Assembly (NCBI GenBank): GCA_051047955.1
Contig: JBPGPT010000014.1
Location: 62,001-126,000 of the forward strand
Source: Cystobasidiomycetes sp. EMM_F5
Taxonomy: Eukaryota
Reading direction: 5' to 3'
DNA length: 64,000 bases
Shown here: piece after piece, positions 52,262 to 64,000 of the stretch
How the letters are laid out: each line of letters starts with the position of its first letter
Numbering within the stretch: position 1 is the first letter of the stretch
Position numbers and translations under genes: made by a program
Notes under the pieces: generated by a model
The model's input: only the letters and a program-made list of their open reading frames with translations
What the model was told of the DNA's origin: nothing
Database searches by the model: none

Positions 52262-54675
52262 TTATTGAGATATCGAGCAGAGTTCTGATGGACCGGTTTG
52301 TTTTAGCCTTTTCTCACGTACTTTCCTGCCACCGCTCACCTTCAGTGCCCACTCCAACGCTTTCGCCGCCACCCAACACTCCCTGAACGTATTGTACAAG
52401 GGAACAGGTGCGAAGCGCATCACATCTGGTTCGCGTTCGTCGCCGTATACACCGGCTTGCTGCAGGAGATCGTTTGTGGGCGCAAGCATGCCGTAGTTGC
52501 GTGGCAGCAGCAGAACGGACAACTGAGCGCCACGATGCTGAGGGTCATCTGGCGTGATGATGGTAAATGCTGGTTTCCAGCGCGTTTGACTCTTGCTGAT
52601 CTTGATTGGGCTCGATGATACTTCGTTCTCATTGTCGTTCGCATTGTTTCTGCTGTGTTGCGCTTCTTGCCGTATTTTGTGCTGTTCCTCCTCAAAGGCG
52701 CTAATGTCTTTGAGCGGGACGTAGAAGCTTGACGATCGTAGCAAGAGGCTCAGATAGCATGTAAGACTCATGGACTTCTTTCGCAATTTCGAAAGGGCGA
52801 TGGCAGTCGTCGGAGGCACCTCCTGCTGTGCGGCATCCTCCTTGCCTATTGCTAACATTGTTTCCAGGGAGCCATGCAAGGACGCTAAATTCAGTATACT
52901 TGGAGTAGAAGTTACGAAACCTGCAGCCCCCGGAGCTGGGTCAAACTTTTCCGCCATGGTAAAGCGTGTATCGAGACTGTTGCGCAAAAATGTCTAACGA
53001 TTAGCCCTTGAAGTAGAAGAGACAGCATTGCCAAGTACCTGTTTCCCCACCAACCAGACAGACGCGGACGGTTTGCATGCCTTTCGTGGACAAAGAGACC
53101 TCCAATACCGCCAGGGCCACTATTGAGGTACTGGATGTTTGGTTTAAGATTGATGTCCCAAGCTCGTAGACGGAGCGATCTCACCTTGTATGTACACCAC
53201 ACTGCAAAGTCAGCGTTCCAATCGTGCAGCTTGAGAGGTACGTTGCCGATGGCATGAGCAAGATCCCAACCAACAAGGCACCCCTGTGCACGCCAAATTT
53301 AGGAGGAGATGCAAACGACACTTAAGGTTGTTGCCCTCACCTTCTTCTGAGCAGCCGCAGTAATCTTTTCCATTTCGAAGACTTGGCCAGAAAAGTAGTT
53401 GAGCCCGCTGAAGAAAACGACAGCCACTGAGATATCCTCGCATCAGAAACTACTCGAGTCGTTCAGGATTGTGTACATTACCTTGGTCGCCTTCTTTATC
53501 GATCCGTTCGAGAATGTCCTCTGTTCTGAGCGTATATTCACCGTCACGCGGGCCAACGACAACTAATGCGTCTGAGATATCTCGACTGTGCATCTCCGCT
53601 TGACTCGCAAATGCGTAGTGATCCGACGGAAAAGCCTTCTTCTCAAACATAATCTTGTATCTCTTGTCTGTCGGCCGGTAGAATGCGCACAATAGCATAT
53701 GTAGGTTTGCCGTTAGGGTACCCATTGTTGCTACTTCGCTGTCTTTGGCGCCGATCAATCCGCCAATCATGGGTGCGAGCCGTTCCGCTGCACCAGTCCA
53801 CGGAGCCTTGTAGGTATGGTTAAACCAGCCGGTGACTGCCTTGTCATGCCAAACAGACTGCTCTCGAGACATACGATCGGCGGAAGCGCGGGATTGCAGT
53901 CCTAGCGAGTTGCCAGCTAGATAGACTATGAGCTCATTCTCGTTTGGAATCGGGATATTTTCGCGATGCGCAGATCTTATCACTCTGGATCTCTGCTCCT
54001 CGGGCGATAGCTGGTCGGATCTAGCAGGCTGCATATGACCATTTCTAGCGGGCGCCTTGTTTAATCCAGAAGCAGTTGCAGGAGTGGATTCGTCGTCCTC
54101 CGAAGCTACAGCTGCTGCCAGTTCTTGCCGGACTTGCGTTGCCGTTCTAACGTCTACCGAGTCTTCCGATGATGTCGAGTCTGTTCGTCGCCTCTGGGGC
54201 CGGCTAGAGAGAATAGTCTGATGCGCCGAGGTTTCTGTAGTTCGGGGCAGGGACGTTTGCCGCACTGGAGGAGTGTGGGAAGACGGTGATAGCCTCCCAC
54301 TACGCGGAGATGCAGTCTTTGCGACTTTACTTGACGCATCCAGCTGCCTGTTCAACTCCTCCTTCAGCAGTTTGGCAAGTATCTCTTGACTTGGCTGACT
54401 GCTTCCTGCGGAGCTTTCGCCGTGGTATAGTCCATCTGTCGGCTCGACGACCTTTGTCATAGAATGTACGGTTGGAATTGCAAAATGGCTACGCATGTGG
54501 GAGATGGGGTCTGCAGAGTCCAGATACCTTGCAAATTTTGGGTCTGTAAACGTCGAGCAGCCTGATGCGCCCAGCATTGCTGCCAATTGCTGCTCGGGTT
54601 TGCCACTATTGCTTGCTCGGCTGCGAACAGTGTCAGTGATCCTTTCAACCGCCCAGACTACGAAACTCACGACAT
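52262..54675 (-). CDS. BNA5: Kynureninase with large insertions
   Basis: [54 protein letters not shown] and RFAPVPLYN. The start is modelled with a 5-nt first coding exon. Confidence 0.93.
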
Positions 54676-54986
54676 GATGGATCGGAAAGGTCGGGACAGG
54701 CTTAGCTAAATTGCAATAGTGTACACTTAGGGCAGTTGTCAGTGATGCAAGACTCGAGTTGTACATTCCACATCACGGCAGCAAACCAGATCGCCAATCG
54801 CACAAAGAAGGCTTATACGGAAGTACATTGCGTTTAAAGCATCAACAGCATCATTGCCTGAGATGACTTACGTTTCTTTGTCGTTGCCGCCCACTCGATC
54901 AGACGACGTGGGTTGCATGCCAGCGTCTTTGCTGTTAGCGCAACCGAAGCCATCTGATTCGAGGTGTTTAAATCAACAACAGCACC

Positions 54987-57851
54987 ATGTCGTCGACAGC
55001 CACGTCCTCGCGGCAGCCAGCCAGTGGGCCTATCAGGTCTTTGAAGCGGACTTTCAGCAGCTCATCGACGGCATCCGCAGCGGTGAGCGGCAAGGCTGCC
55101 GTTCTGACAACGGCCGCAGGAATTGCGCCCAAGATTATGAAGAAGCTCAATCATTCAGCCTTTGGTGAGCCGGAGTTGACGCGACTGGCCTGGCTCATCG
55201 GTAGCTAAACTTGACTCTTCGTATGTTTTGATGATCCAGTTGTCGATTTCGACGAGGGCATGGACGGCGATGACAGCTTTGACTGGGACAGTGTGGACAC
55301 ATCGAATGGATCAGGCAACAGCACATCGTCGACTGCCTCCATCTCTCTGCCGGGACTATCTTTCTCTGAACGGCCAGCCGCGTCGTCCAAATCGATCGCG
55401 ACTAGTATGAACCTTTCCAACGCGAATGCAAACAAGACTGCTGAAGTCTCACGACAAACGTCAGTCAATGTCCAAAGTCCACCTAGAGGACCGGCTCCCA
55501 TGCAATCGGCCTCTGCTATGCTCGCCGCAAAAGCCTCGACCTCTTCGCGTCCAACAATCACCAGCTCGAAGTTCCCACCAGCCTCACAATATCTTCCGAT
55601 TCCTGCTGGTTTGCCGAAAGTTGCGTCCATTGACACACAAATAGACAATTGTCGCAATGAGAACACTTTTGGCATGACTTCTGGTGCAACAGCGCACCTG
55701 CGTGGCCATCAACAAGTCGAGATGTCACTTCCCGCAGGAGCGCTCAAAGCGCCCTTCACATCCAAACAAGGTCGAGGACAGATGTCCCTATCCAACTACA
55801 GCTTCAAGGGCACATCATCAGCAGCATCTACTTCCTCCGCCTCCACATCCAATTCGAGAAGATCTAGCACATCCGCATTGTCGCACGTCGATTCCAATAA
55901 ACGCTCGGCGCCGTGGGACTCGGAAGGCTTGATTCGCGACGCAAAGTCTGCAAGAGTAGCAGTGGAGCAGGGCGGCGAAGGCAACTCGAAGGACAAAGGC
56001 AAGGAGAGGGCCAAGCTAGTCAACATTAAGCAGCAAATTGTTCTGTCTGTTGAGCAAACCAAAGTTCTCAAGATGGTCGTCGAGGAAGGAAAGAATGTCT
56101 TCTTTACAGGCTCTGCAGGTGAGTCCGTTCTCCACGTGGCGCAGGGCCGGTTTTAACATTCACCATAGGAACCGGGAAATCCATCCTGCTTCGAGAGATC
56201 ATCGCGTCTCTCAAGCGCAAGTATGCGAAACGTGGAGCTGACAGAGTTGCCGTTACTGCATCAACTGGTATGGCTGCAGCCAACATCGGCGGAACTACCA
56301 TTCACTCGTTTGCGGGTATCGGCTTGGGACTAGGTACAGGCGAGCAGCTTGTCGATAACGTGAAGAAGAATCGCAAAGCAACAGGCAGGTGGATGCGGAC
56401 CGAGGTACTTGTCATTGACGAAGGTATGTTTGCCTCGCAACACCTAGCTCAAACATGCTCGCATGGCCTGAAACAGACTGACGTCCTTTTCGTTTAGTAT
56501 CCATGCTCGATGGAGATCTGTTCGATAAGCTGGCGCATATTGCGGCACGCTTCCGTCGCAAGCCCGACAAGCCGTTTGGAGGCATTCAGCTCATCATGAC
56601 TGGCGATTTCTTCCAGCTTCCGCCAGTGACGAAAGGTGGCATGCCTCGCTTCGCTTTTGAAGCTAACTCGTGGAAAACTTGTATCGACATGACGGTCAAT
56701 CTGACCAAAGTCTTCCGACAGAAAGACACGGGTAGGTTGAGGTCCCCACAGCTTTGCACTACTTATACTGAGTACATTCTGCAGAGTTCGTTGACATGCT
56801 CAACGAAATGCGGTTCGGCCAACTATCGCAAGCGTCCATCGCCAAGTTTCACAAACTTAAGCGGCAACCCAAGTACGAAGATGGCCTAGATCCTACTGAA
56901 CTGTACGTCGATCATTTCGCAAAGCGTTTGACAAGTGCTAAACATCACTTGCAGATTCCCAACTCGAGAGCAAGTCGATGCGTCGAATCGAACGCGTCTA
57001 GCGGCCTTGCCTGGAGAAGAATATGTTTACACTGCAGAGGATGTGGGTGAGGAACCTCATGACCGCATGTTGAAGACGCTCGAGAACGTCATGGCACCTC
57101 GGCAATTGGTCCTCAAGCTCAATGCCCAAGTCATGTCTATCAAGAACCATGATGCAGCTACTGGAGTTGTGAACGGTACTGTAGGGAAGGTCATTGGCTT
57201 CAAGTACGCCAATGATCCAAACGACGAGGATGAAGACAATCCCGATGGCGACGCAGGCTTGGCCGACTTTAACGCCAAACTTGATGGGCTGAAGAAGCTA
57301 GAGAAGGACGACGAAAGACCCGGATGGAAGAGCAAGAAGATGCACGACGAGAAGGTACCTATTGTGGAATGGCAGCTAGCAACCGGGGAGAAGATGAGGA
57401 TGCGTATGAAGCGAGAGGAATTCAAGGTGGAAGATGTTGGTGACAAGGTCAAGGCCAAGCGAAGTCAAGTGAGACAACGTGCCACGCCAACCACATTGTG
57501 TCGCTGACTATTGCGCAGCTCCCGATGATTTGCGCTTGGGCAATGAGCATTCATAAATCGCAAGGCCAGACTCTGGAGCGAGTGAAGTGTGACCTGGGAC
57601 GTATTTTTGAAAAGGGCCAAGCCTACGTTGCTTTGTGAGGCCACTTCGCGAAGTGTGACAAGAGTATGATGCTGATTGTACCACGCCAGATCTCGCGCGA
57701 CCTCCCTGGACGGCCTGCAGATCTTAAACTTCGATGCGAAAAAGGTCCTGGCCCATCCTAAGGTACGCGATTTAGCAAGACTCTTTTTGGATTTAAGCTT
57801 ATAGAATCGCAGGTCATCACGTGGACGAAGACGTTGACCACCTTGACGTAA
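54987..57851 (+). CDS. PIF1: Pif1-family 5'-3' DNA helicase
   Basis: [55 protein letters not shown] and GQAYVALSR. Confidence 0.96.
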
Positions 57852-57996
57852 CCCTCAAATCTTCGCCAAATTTAGGAGGCGTTTGAACTATTTCCGCGTG
57901 CAAACCCCTCGCCCATTCCTCGTTCTGCCCGTCAATGTAGGCACTCCCCATTGACCGACCGATTCCAGCTGCTGTGCCTGGCTTAAGATATCACAG

Positions 57997-58023
57997 CCAG
58001 CACTAGCACCAGCACCAGCACCC
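57997..58023. repeat. Short (CCAGCA)-type microsatellite between the PIF1 and RGD1 stops
   Basis: ccagcactagcaccagcaccagcacc seen directly. Confidence 0.6.
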
Positions 58024-58179
58024 ACCATCTGCCCATTCGCCAAATTTGCATATTGGCCATTTTGCATTCTCGGATGATGATTGACACAACTACGTACTGC
58101 GAAGCCTTTGTGATTCTACAATCATCGTTGTTATTGATACATAATCATGCGTGCTCGTCATGTGCCAAGGAATACTGAT

Positions 58180-60516
58180 TTAGGATAATAATCGCACCCC
58201 ACTCGTAACATCAGGCTGCTGGGAATTGTCATGAATTGAATTAAGCTGTCGTATCGGCTCGTCCGGCCCCTCTTCGTCAAGGTCTATAAAGATTTCCGCA
58301 TAGTGATCCAGAATAGTCTCGATTGCTTTGCATTGCCACTGCATGTCCTGCAGTACAGCGGCAGCATCTTCAGGGGGCGGTCCAAGCAACGTAGGTCCAA
58401 ACACTATCGCCAAGTTTGACTTAGTCATGCTGTTTGCATCTCCGCGGGCTTGCACTTTATCGAGATGACCCAAGAAGAATTTACAGGTCGCATAATTTGG
58501 ATCTGGTAAATCATTGATGCGCTCGTGCAAGCGTATGTGTCGTAAGCGCGAGTTCTCGATTCCTGTGCGGGGTGTGACGAACGGTGATGAGCAAAGTATC
58601 AATGTGTGTGGAACGCACTTACTGGCAGCCTCGATAAATCCGTGGTATAGCCTATGGGTGAACAGGGGCTCCGGTAGTTCCCGAAAGAAGAGCTTTAGGA
58701 CTCCGGTAATATCATTGATATCGCTCAAGTTATCATCAGAGCGTAGATCAACTGCGTCGACATCTACATTGGACGCGTGAGCAGTTTGCTTACAAGTGCC
58801 GTGATGCTTTACATACCTTTCTCTAACTTCGCCTTCAAGCGTTGTATCCTACTGGTTGTTCCTGACAGTCGGTACAGACCAGTGATAGCGAGTCCATGTT
58901 GTTCTATGACTTCCGTGCACTTCTCCAGCACCTTTGGTATGTCAACACCGTCTCTTTGCATTTGATATCCAAGATCAACTCCGAAGTACATTGCCCCACC
59001 CTCCGACTGAATGTGGTGTGAATCGGTAAACTGCGTAGAGGTCCCGGACGCTACACTGAGTAGGGGACTGCCGCTGCCAGCGCTTGTAGAGGCTGCTGGA
59101 CCGTTTGAGGCTGTATGCGACGAAGAGTGTGACGGCGCGGGTGGCAGCTTGCTCATTCTAACAAAACCCTCTTCTGGGGGACCTTCTCTCCTTAGAACCC
59201 TCTGCCCACTAGCGGCAAACGTCACTGCATAATTCTGCATGAAGGATTTGAAGTCGACAGAGTTGTCGATCTTTTCAACTAACGACTTCAGCCCTTCTGC
59301 TTTGCGCGTTGTCAAAGGTGAAGATTCATCATGCAGAGTACTTGACGGTGGTGATATAGTTATTCCATCGCTCACAATGAGCGATTCGAATAAATAGGCG
59401 TATCGAGATAGATGGAATTGTGTGCCCAAGTCGATCTCATCTAGCGCCTCTTTCAGCGACTTGAGTAGTTTTGGCAGCTGCAGATTGAAGTATTCTTGCC
59501 TGATCTGTTGCGTTGTCAATACTTGCTGTCTGTACGCATCTGAAGTAAGCCGCGTCTTCAACCTGGCCTCTTCTTCCAATCGCTGTATCTGTGCAGCGTT
59601 CTTTGGTCCACCTTTGAGTTTGCCGATAGCTTTGCCCAGTGTACGACCTTTGCTGATCGTGCTCGTGGTATCGTGCGGGAGATTGGAACTGTCTCGAGCA
59701 TTTTCTCCGGCTTTCGATAGTAGCACACGTTCTAGCTCTTCAACTGCACTATCAAACCGGTTCCTGCACTTCTCCGCTTGACTTTCTGCGTCTACCAGTG
59801 CGCGCTCGTATCGGCCGCCAAGATCTTTACTCAGCTTGCGTTGTCTTTCTGTCTCGCGTGAAATCTCATTAAGCTGTTCGGCCATGTCATTCATCTGCGA
59901 CGCAACTCGTATTCGATTGTCGCCCAGAGTATCGTGCGTTGTCAAGATTCGGGTAAAGGCAGACTGAAACGTTCCCGGTTTCCCCTCCGAAGCTCTATAC
60001 GCTTCGTTGCGCTCTCGTGATAGCTTCTGTAGAGCTCTTCCGTACTCTTCTTCGATAGCAGCCCGTTTCTTCAAGAAGGTCGATGCCTCCTGTTACATCC
60101 CCAGCGCAATGACCCGTATTTAGCCTGGCCTTAGCGATGTCTAGCGCGCAACGTACCCTACAGCTTGCCATACTCTGTTTCGTTCTGTCCATCAGCAGAG
60201 GAAATCCACAGTCGAGATCGCACAGTGCCCGCAGGGTCCCCTCCTCGAAACCGACTGGGACCACCTGGCTCGATGTCGCCGCACCGGCGTTGGCTTGCAT
60301 GCTATATGAAGGATTCGGAGACATTGTGTACGGCAGATGAGAGCTATTGGTCACAGACCTGCCGGTCGATAGGGCTGTCTGGCCATCTGTCATTCCATTA
60401 AAGTTGGCAGAGCCGGTCGCAAGCGATGAATTTGACTGCGAGAAAGGCGATGTTTCATGCGCCAGCGAGTCTCCGAGACCTAGGCCATGCAGTGATTGTG
60501 ACCCTGAGATGCTCAT
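58180..60516 (-). CDS. RGD1: F-BAR plus RhoGAP protein (Rgd1/Rga7-like)
   Basis: KKRAAIEEEYG F-BAR region; YFGVDL, GLYRLSG, LKLFFRELPEPL and NLAIVFGPTL. Confidence 0.88.
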
Positions 60517-60908
60517 CTTTGCGGGCTGGCTTTGCTATGGTGCGCTGAGCGAGCTTCGCAGTGCTAGCCGGACAGCTAAAACGGACGCCAGCCAGCCAGC
60601 TCAGTGCGCTTTGTCAGCTAGCATAACCCGTAGTCATGAATTCATGTGCGAGCGTCATGCATTTTCCTTTTCATTTCGATGCCGTGGAACACCAAGATGG
60701 ATCCGGCAACCGCGGTGTGAGTGCGGGCAAGCCGACGAATTGCGCATGCGCAAACTTCGATAGATTGATGCTAATGATGTGTGTAGAATGCTAAAAGATA
60801 CATGATTCTGATGTGACAGAATCGTTGCGCACTATTGCTGTATTTTCGGCTCGTGTCCAGGAGAAACACTTTCGCGAAATGATGCGCACATCCGCGTGCC
60901 TACGCACT

Positions 60909-62141
60909 TCAATCGTCCTCGTTGATCACTTCGACGGCTTCCACAAGTAGCGATCCCTGAGAACAAAATCATTACTGGTAGATCAAGAGTGGTACTTTTC
61001 GCTTACAAGCTGCAAGACAATTTGGTTGACGTCGCCAATAATGCCAGTAACGTTCGTTGGTAGATGTTCCTTGGTACCACCGATCGGGATCTTGCCAATG
61101 CCAATAGTCTGGATGACACCAAGAGGATCCTTCGAGAGAGTCGCCATGACTGACGAACCGCCCGATGTGAACAGGCTTGTCGTAACATTTTCTGCCAGAG
61201 TAGTGGTAGTGCTGTGTAGCTCTACGACACTGCCATCAGATTGACTGTGAAAGACGGCAATGCAATCATTAGACAGGACAATTATCTCGAAAGTCGCGCC
61301 CCGTGAGATATACGCACTTTTCAGGATCACTGCAGGATTCGGAGGAAACACTGTTAGATATCTTCGTGGACGAGGACGAAAGGCTGGACACGGACGGGGA
61401 ATGTGCCGATGACACTGGATCATTGACCTTCGAAGATGATGACGCTGGTGCTGAAGGCCCGCTAGATTGTGACTGAGCCATCGAGCTCTGCGGAGGCGGT
61501 GTAGAGGATGACGGTGGTGGATTGACCTTGGAGGATGACGAGGCAGGTGGTGGAGGCGGGGGAGGCGGAGCTTGCGACGAGGGAGGAGGCTGCACGGACG
61601 AAGATGGCGATGGATTCCCATTTCCATCAGCCGTGTAATACCATGTCGCAGCGAAAATCCCGGCGTCCTGCGTCTGGAATTGGGTGAAAAGTGCCGGTAC
61701 GAGATCGATATCGCCGTAGCCGCAGGCTTCGCAAGCATCGGCAACCGTAGCAGTTCGGGTCACACCATTGAACGAGATTGTCACCTGCTTGCCGCAGTGT
61801 GCGCCGCTCTCATACTGGGCGAAGCCAAGCGCAATGGTCGCGCCCGTGTTCTTGAGCCAGTCACCGCATGCGCCCTTGTTGCCCGTTTCTGCGTGTCCAT
61901 AAAATGGAGCGAATGCCAATTGAAACGCGTACCTTGTACGTCAGCCACTCATCGCATCAGCAATTAGATGCGCACGCCTACCCGAGTTGTACCATGTAGC
62001 TGTACCTGTGTAGGCTCGCTTGATTAGGCTCCTCTCGATGGGGTCCGATGTCTTGTCCGTTGGTGCTCTGTTCCGCAGATCCGCTGCAGACACTAGCGCT
62101 ACCGTCCCAAAGAGACTCGCAGATAGTAGTAACGGAAGCAT
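60909..62141 (-). CDS. Secreted expansin-like/DPBB (RlpA-like) protein with Pro/Ser-rich linker
   Basis: Signal peptide, KR, GTATWY..TGNKGACG, CGKQVTI and ATVADACEACGYGDIDL. Confidence 0.85.
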
Positions 62142-62494
62142 TGAATGGCGCTCTCAGTTTCGTAGGACGTACGAACGGTGAAATACGCTACGGCAAAGTC
62201 GAGCTGGGCGAGAACCCGATACTTTACGGTTCTCTGCATTGGAGAGGGCTCCAAGAGTTTTGTAGCGCGACTCAAGCGGTATTACACCTTTTTGGAGACG
62301 ACGGAAAGCGGCCGAGCGGGCCCAGTCCGCGTAAGTGGCGACATCGCATTTGAGCAAGGGCGAATCGTGACAGCAGTAGGCGTATGGATATCCGCGGTGC
62401 ACTTCTGCTTGCGTGTTGGACCGATATGGTCCCAGTTTTATACGTTTGCATGGGCCTGTCGATTGCACGGGCCATTGAAATTGAGACAGCAGAA

Positions 62495-64000
62495 TCAAAA
62501 GTCGAGTTTCTGCTGCTTGAGCGCCTTATGGTCATCGCTGATTTCTTCCTTGGACTTTCTTTTCGTTGCAGCTAAGGCTTCGGCTTTGTCGACTTTACCG
62601 AAAGTGTTGAGATAGTCCGCAGCAGTGTCGTTCAGTACACGTGGATCATCCCCGTGTAGATTTGCCTTGTAGGCACGCTGTATGCGAGCAATACACTCTG
62701 CTTTACTAGCCTTGTCATCCACGATGGGTCCTGGGTAATCTTGCCCAATGATACAGCCAGCTTTCTTTTGGACATCGATTGGTGCCTCCCAAGGAGAGTA
62801 TATATACTTCGCAGGAAATTTCTTGAGCTCAGGCACGTATTCTCGAATGAAGGCGCCGTCTTTGTCGACTTTCTTGCCAAATGAAATGGGAGAGTAGACT
62901 CGGAAATATTGGCTAAAGAAACCGGATGCCGAAAGCCACATCCAGTTTGCACTGTTGCTGGCTGGATCCCAGTCAACCAGCCACGCTGATCCAGCGCAAG
63001 AGCATGCACTCAGCGTACGCAGTCAATCTGCACGCCGCACGACTCACAGTCAAAAACTTCTGCTCCGCGTTCCCATGAAATGTACAGTTGACGTGTTAGG
63101 AAACAAGCCGTGCTATGGCGGGCTAAATGATGGATCCAGCCATCATGCTTGAGCTTCCGCATCTGCGCATCGATCCAAGGGTAACCTGTCCGTCCCTCCT
63201 TCCAAGCCATGAAGCGTTCCCACGCATCTTGATTGCTCTCGTCGATCTTGAGTTCCAGGAGCTTCTCTCCTGTGTCAGGATCATACTGGTTGCGCAAGTC
63301 CCAATCAATGAATTTACATATTGGATTGCCTCTGATGCTTTCGAAATTTGGTGTTCCAGCTTGTGCGCAGTGAAAGAAATCTCTGAACGTGATTTGACCT
63401 AGGAGCGATACTGGAGGCCTCGAAGCATTCTTTGCCTTTGCTATTAGATCAGTAATGCTCCAAAAGAAGGTTCGGATAGACAGAGACCCAAACTTGAGAT
63501 GCGGCGAAAGGAGGGTTGCTGAATACATTACAAGCGTTAGCGACAGAGGGCTACTTGAGAACAGAATGGCTGAGACTGACTCTCTGGCTTGATGAATGCA
63601 GCTGGAGAGGTTTTTGGCTTTTCGAATATAATCGCTTCCTGCTTTCGTTCTGTCAGCCACTCCTGCATGATCTTGAGCGCCTCCGTTTCTCCTCCTCGAA
63701 TGAAGCTCGTCGCGGGTTTCATTGCCAATTCCTCCATTGTTGGCACTCCAAACTTGCCATCAGGTCCGGCGATGGACGTGTATGTAAAGTCTTCTTGGTG
63801 CTCGTGTCTATGCGGGGCATTGACGTCTCTGTCGCGAAAGTACTGAACTTCTGGCTTTTGCTTTTCTAAGATACTTGTGAAATCAATGTCGCTTGGCGGA
63901 GGCAGAAACGTAGGGCGCTCCAATGGACGATTTGGTAAACCAAGCCCGTCTGCTAGCTTCTGAAATGCGGCGTATGTTGTTGGCACCTTGCCTTTATTGG
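62495..64000 (-). CDS. (6-4) photolyase/cryptochrome; 5' end lies outside the window
   Basis: FEKPKTSP, LSPHLKFGSLS, GRTGYPWIDA, GWIHHLARH, NWMWLSAS and RVYSPISFGKK. Confidence 0.93.

Noticed and set aside
54987..57851. PIF1 as part of a Helitron, or with an upstream mitochondrial extension
   Set aside because: There is no Rep/HUH domain and the gene is intron-rich and cellular-type; an in-frame TAA lies six codons upstream of the ATG.
58074..58178. ATGATGA...CTGA pair resembling a C/D-box snoRNA
   Set aside because: No terminal stem or convincing rRNA-antisense guide; it lies in convergent 3' UTR space where such short motifs arise by chance.

Overview
Gene-dense, intron-rich fungal chromosome segment. 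Most introns are short GT-AG with CTRAY-like branch points, and intergenic gaps are often under 400 bp. The gene content and intron style suggest a basidiomycete, probably a Pucciniomycotina yeast-like fungus (inference). I support about 29 protein-coding genes. Most are housekeeping: THOC1/HPR1, NCL1, HP1/Swi6-like, OSH, aminopeptidase P, F-box, TRZ1, UBC6, SHM2, MSS116-like, ALG12, DCC1, RRP42, AVT, SDR, CSN5, MMS2, kynureninase, PIF1, RGD1 and a (6-4) photolyase. Secreted or host-interaction candidates are a GtaA-like protein, Pls1 tetraspanin, an AA14 LPMO, a Cys-rich small secreted protein, a CPL1/PriA-like protein and an expansin-like DPBB protein. The most notable observations are absent from the ORF track: (1) a 4-exon, 110-aa, 16-Cys modular metallothionein-like gene preceded by a phased 20/40-bp C-rich repeat array, and (2) a candidate CUG-initiated mitochondrial presequence on tRNase Z. 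I recognised no rRNA, tRNA, CRISPR or transposon. Gene models were spliced by eye and family calls come from remembered motifs; no searches were run.
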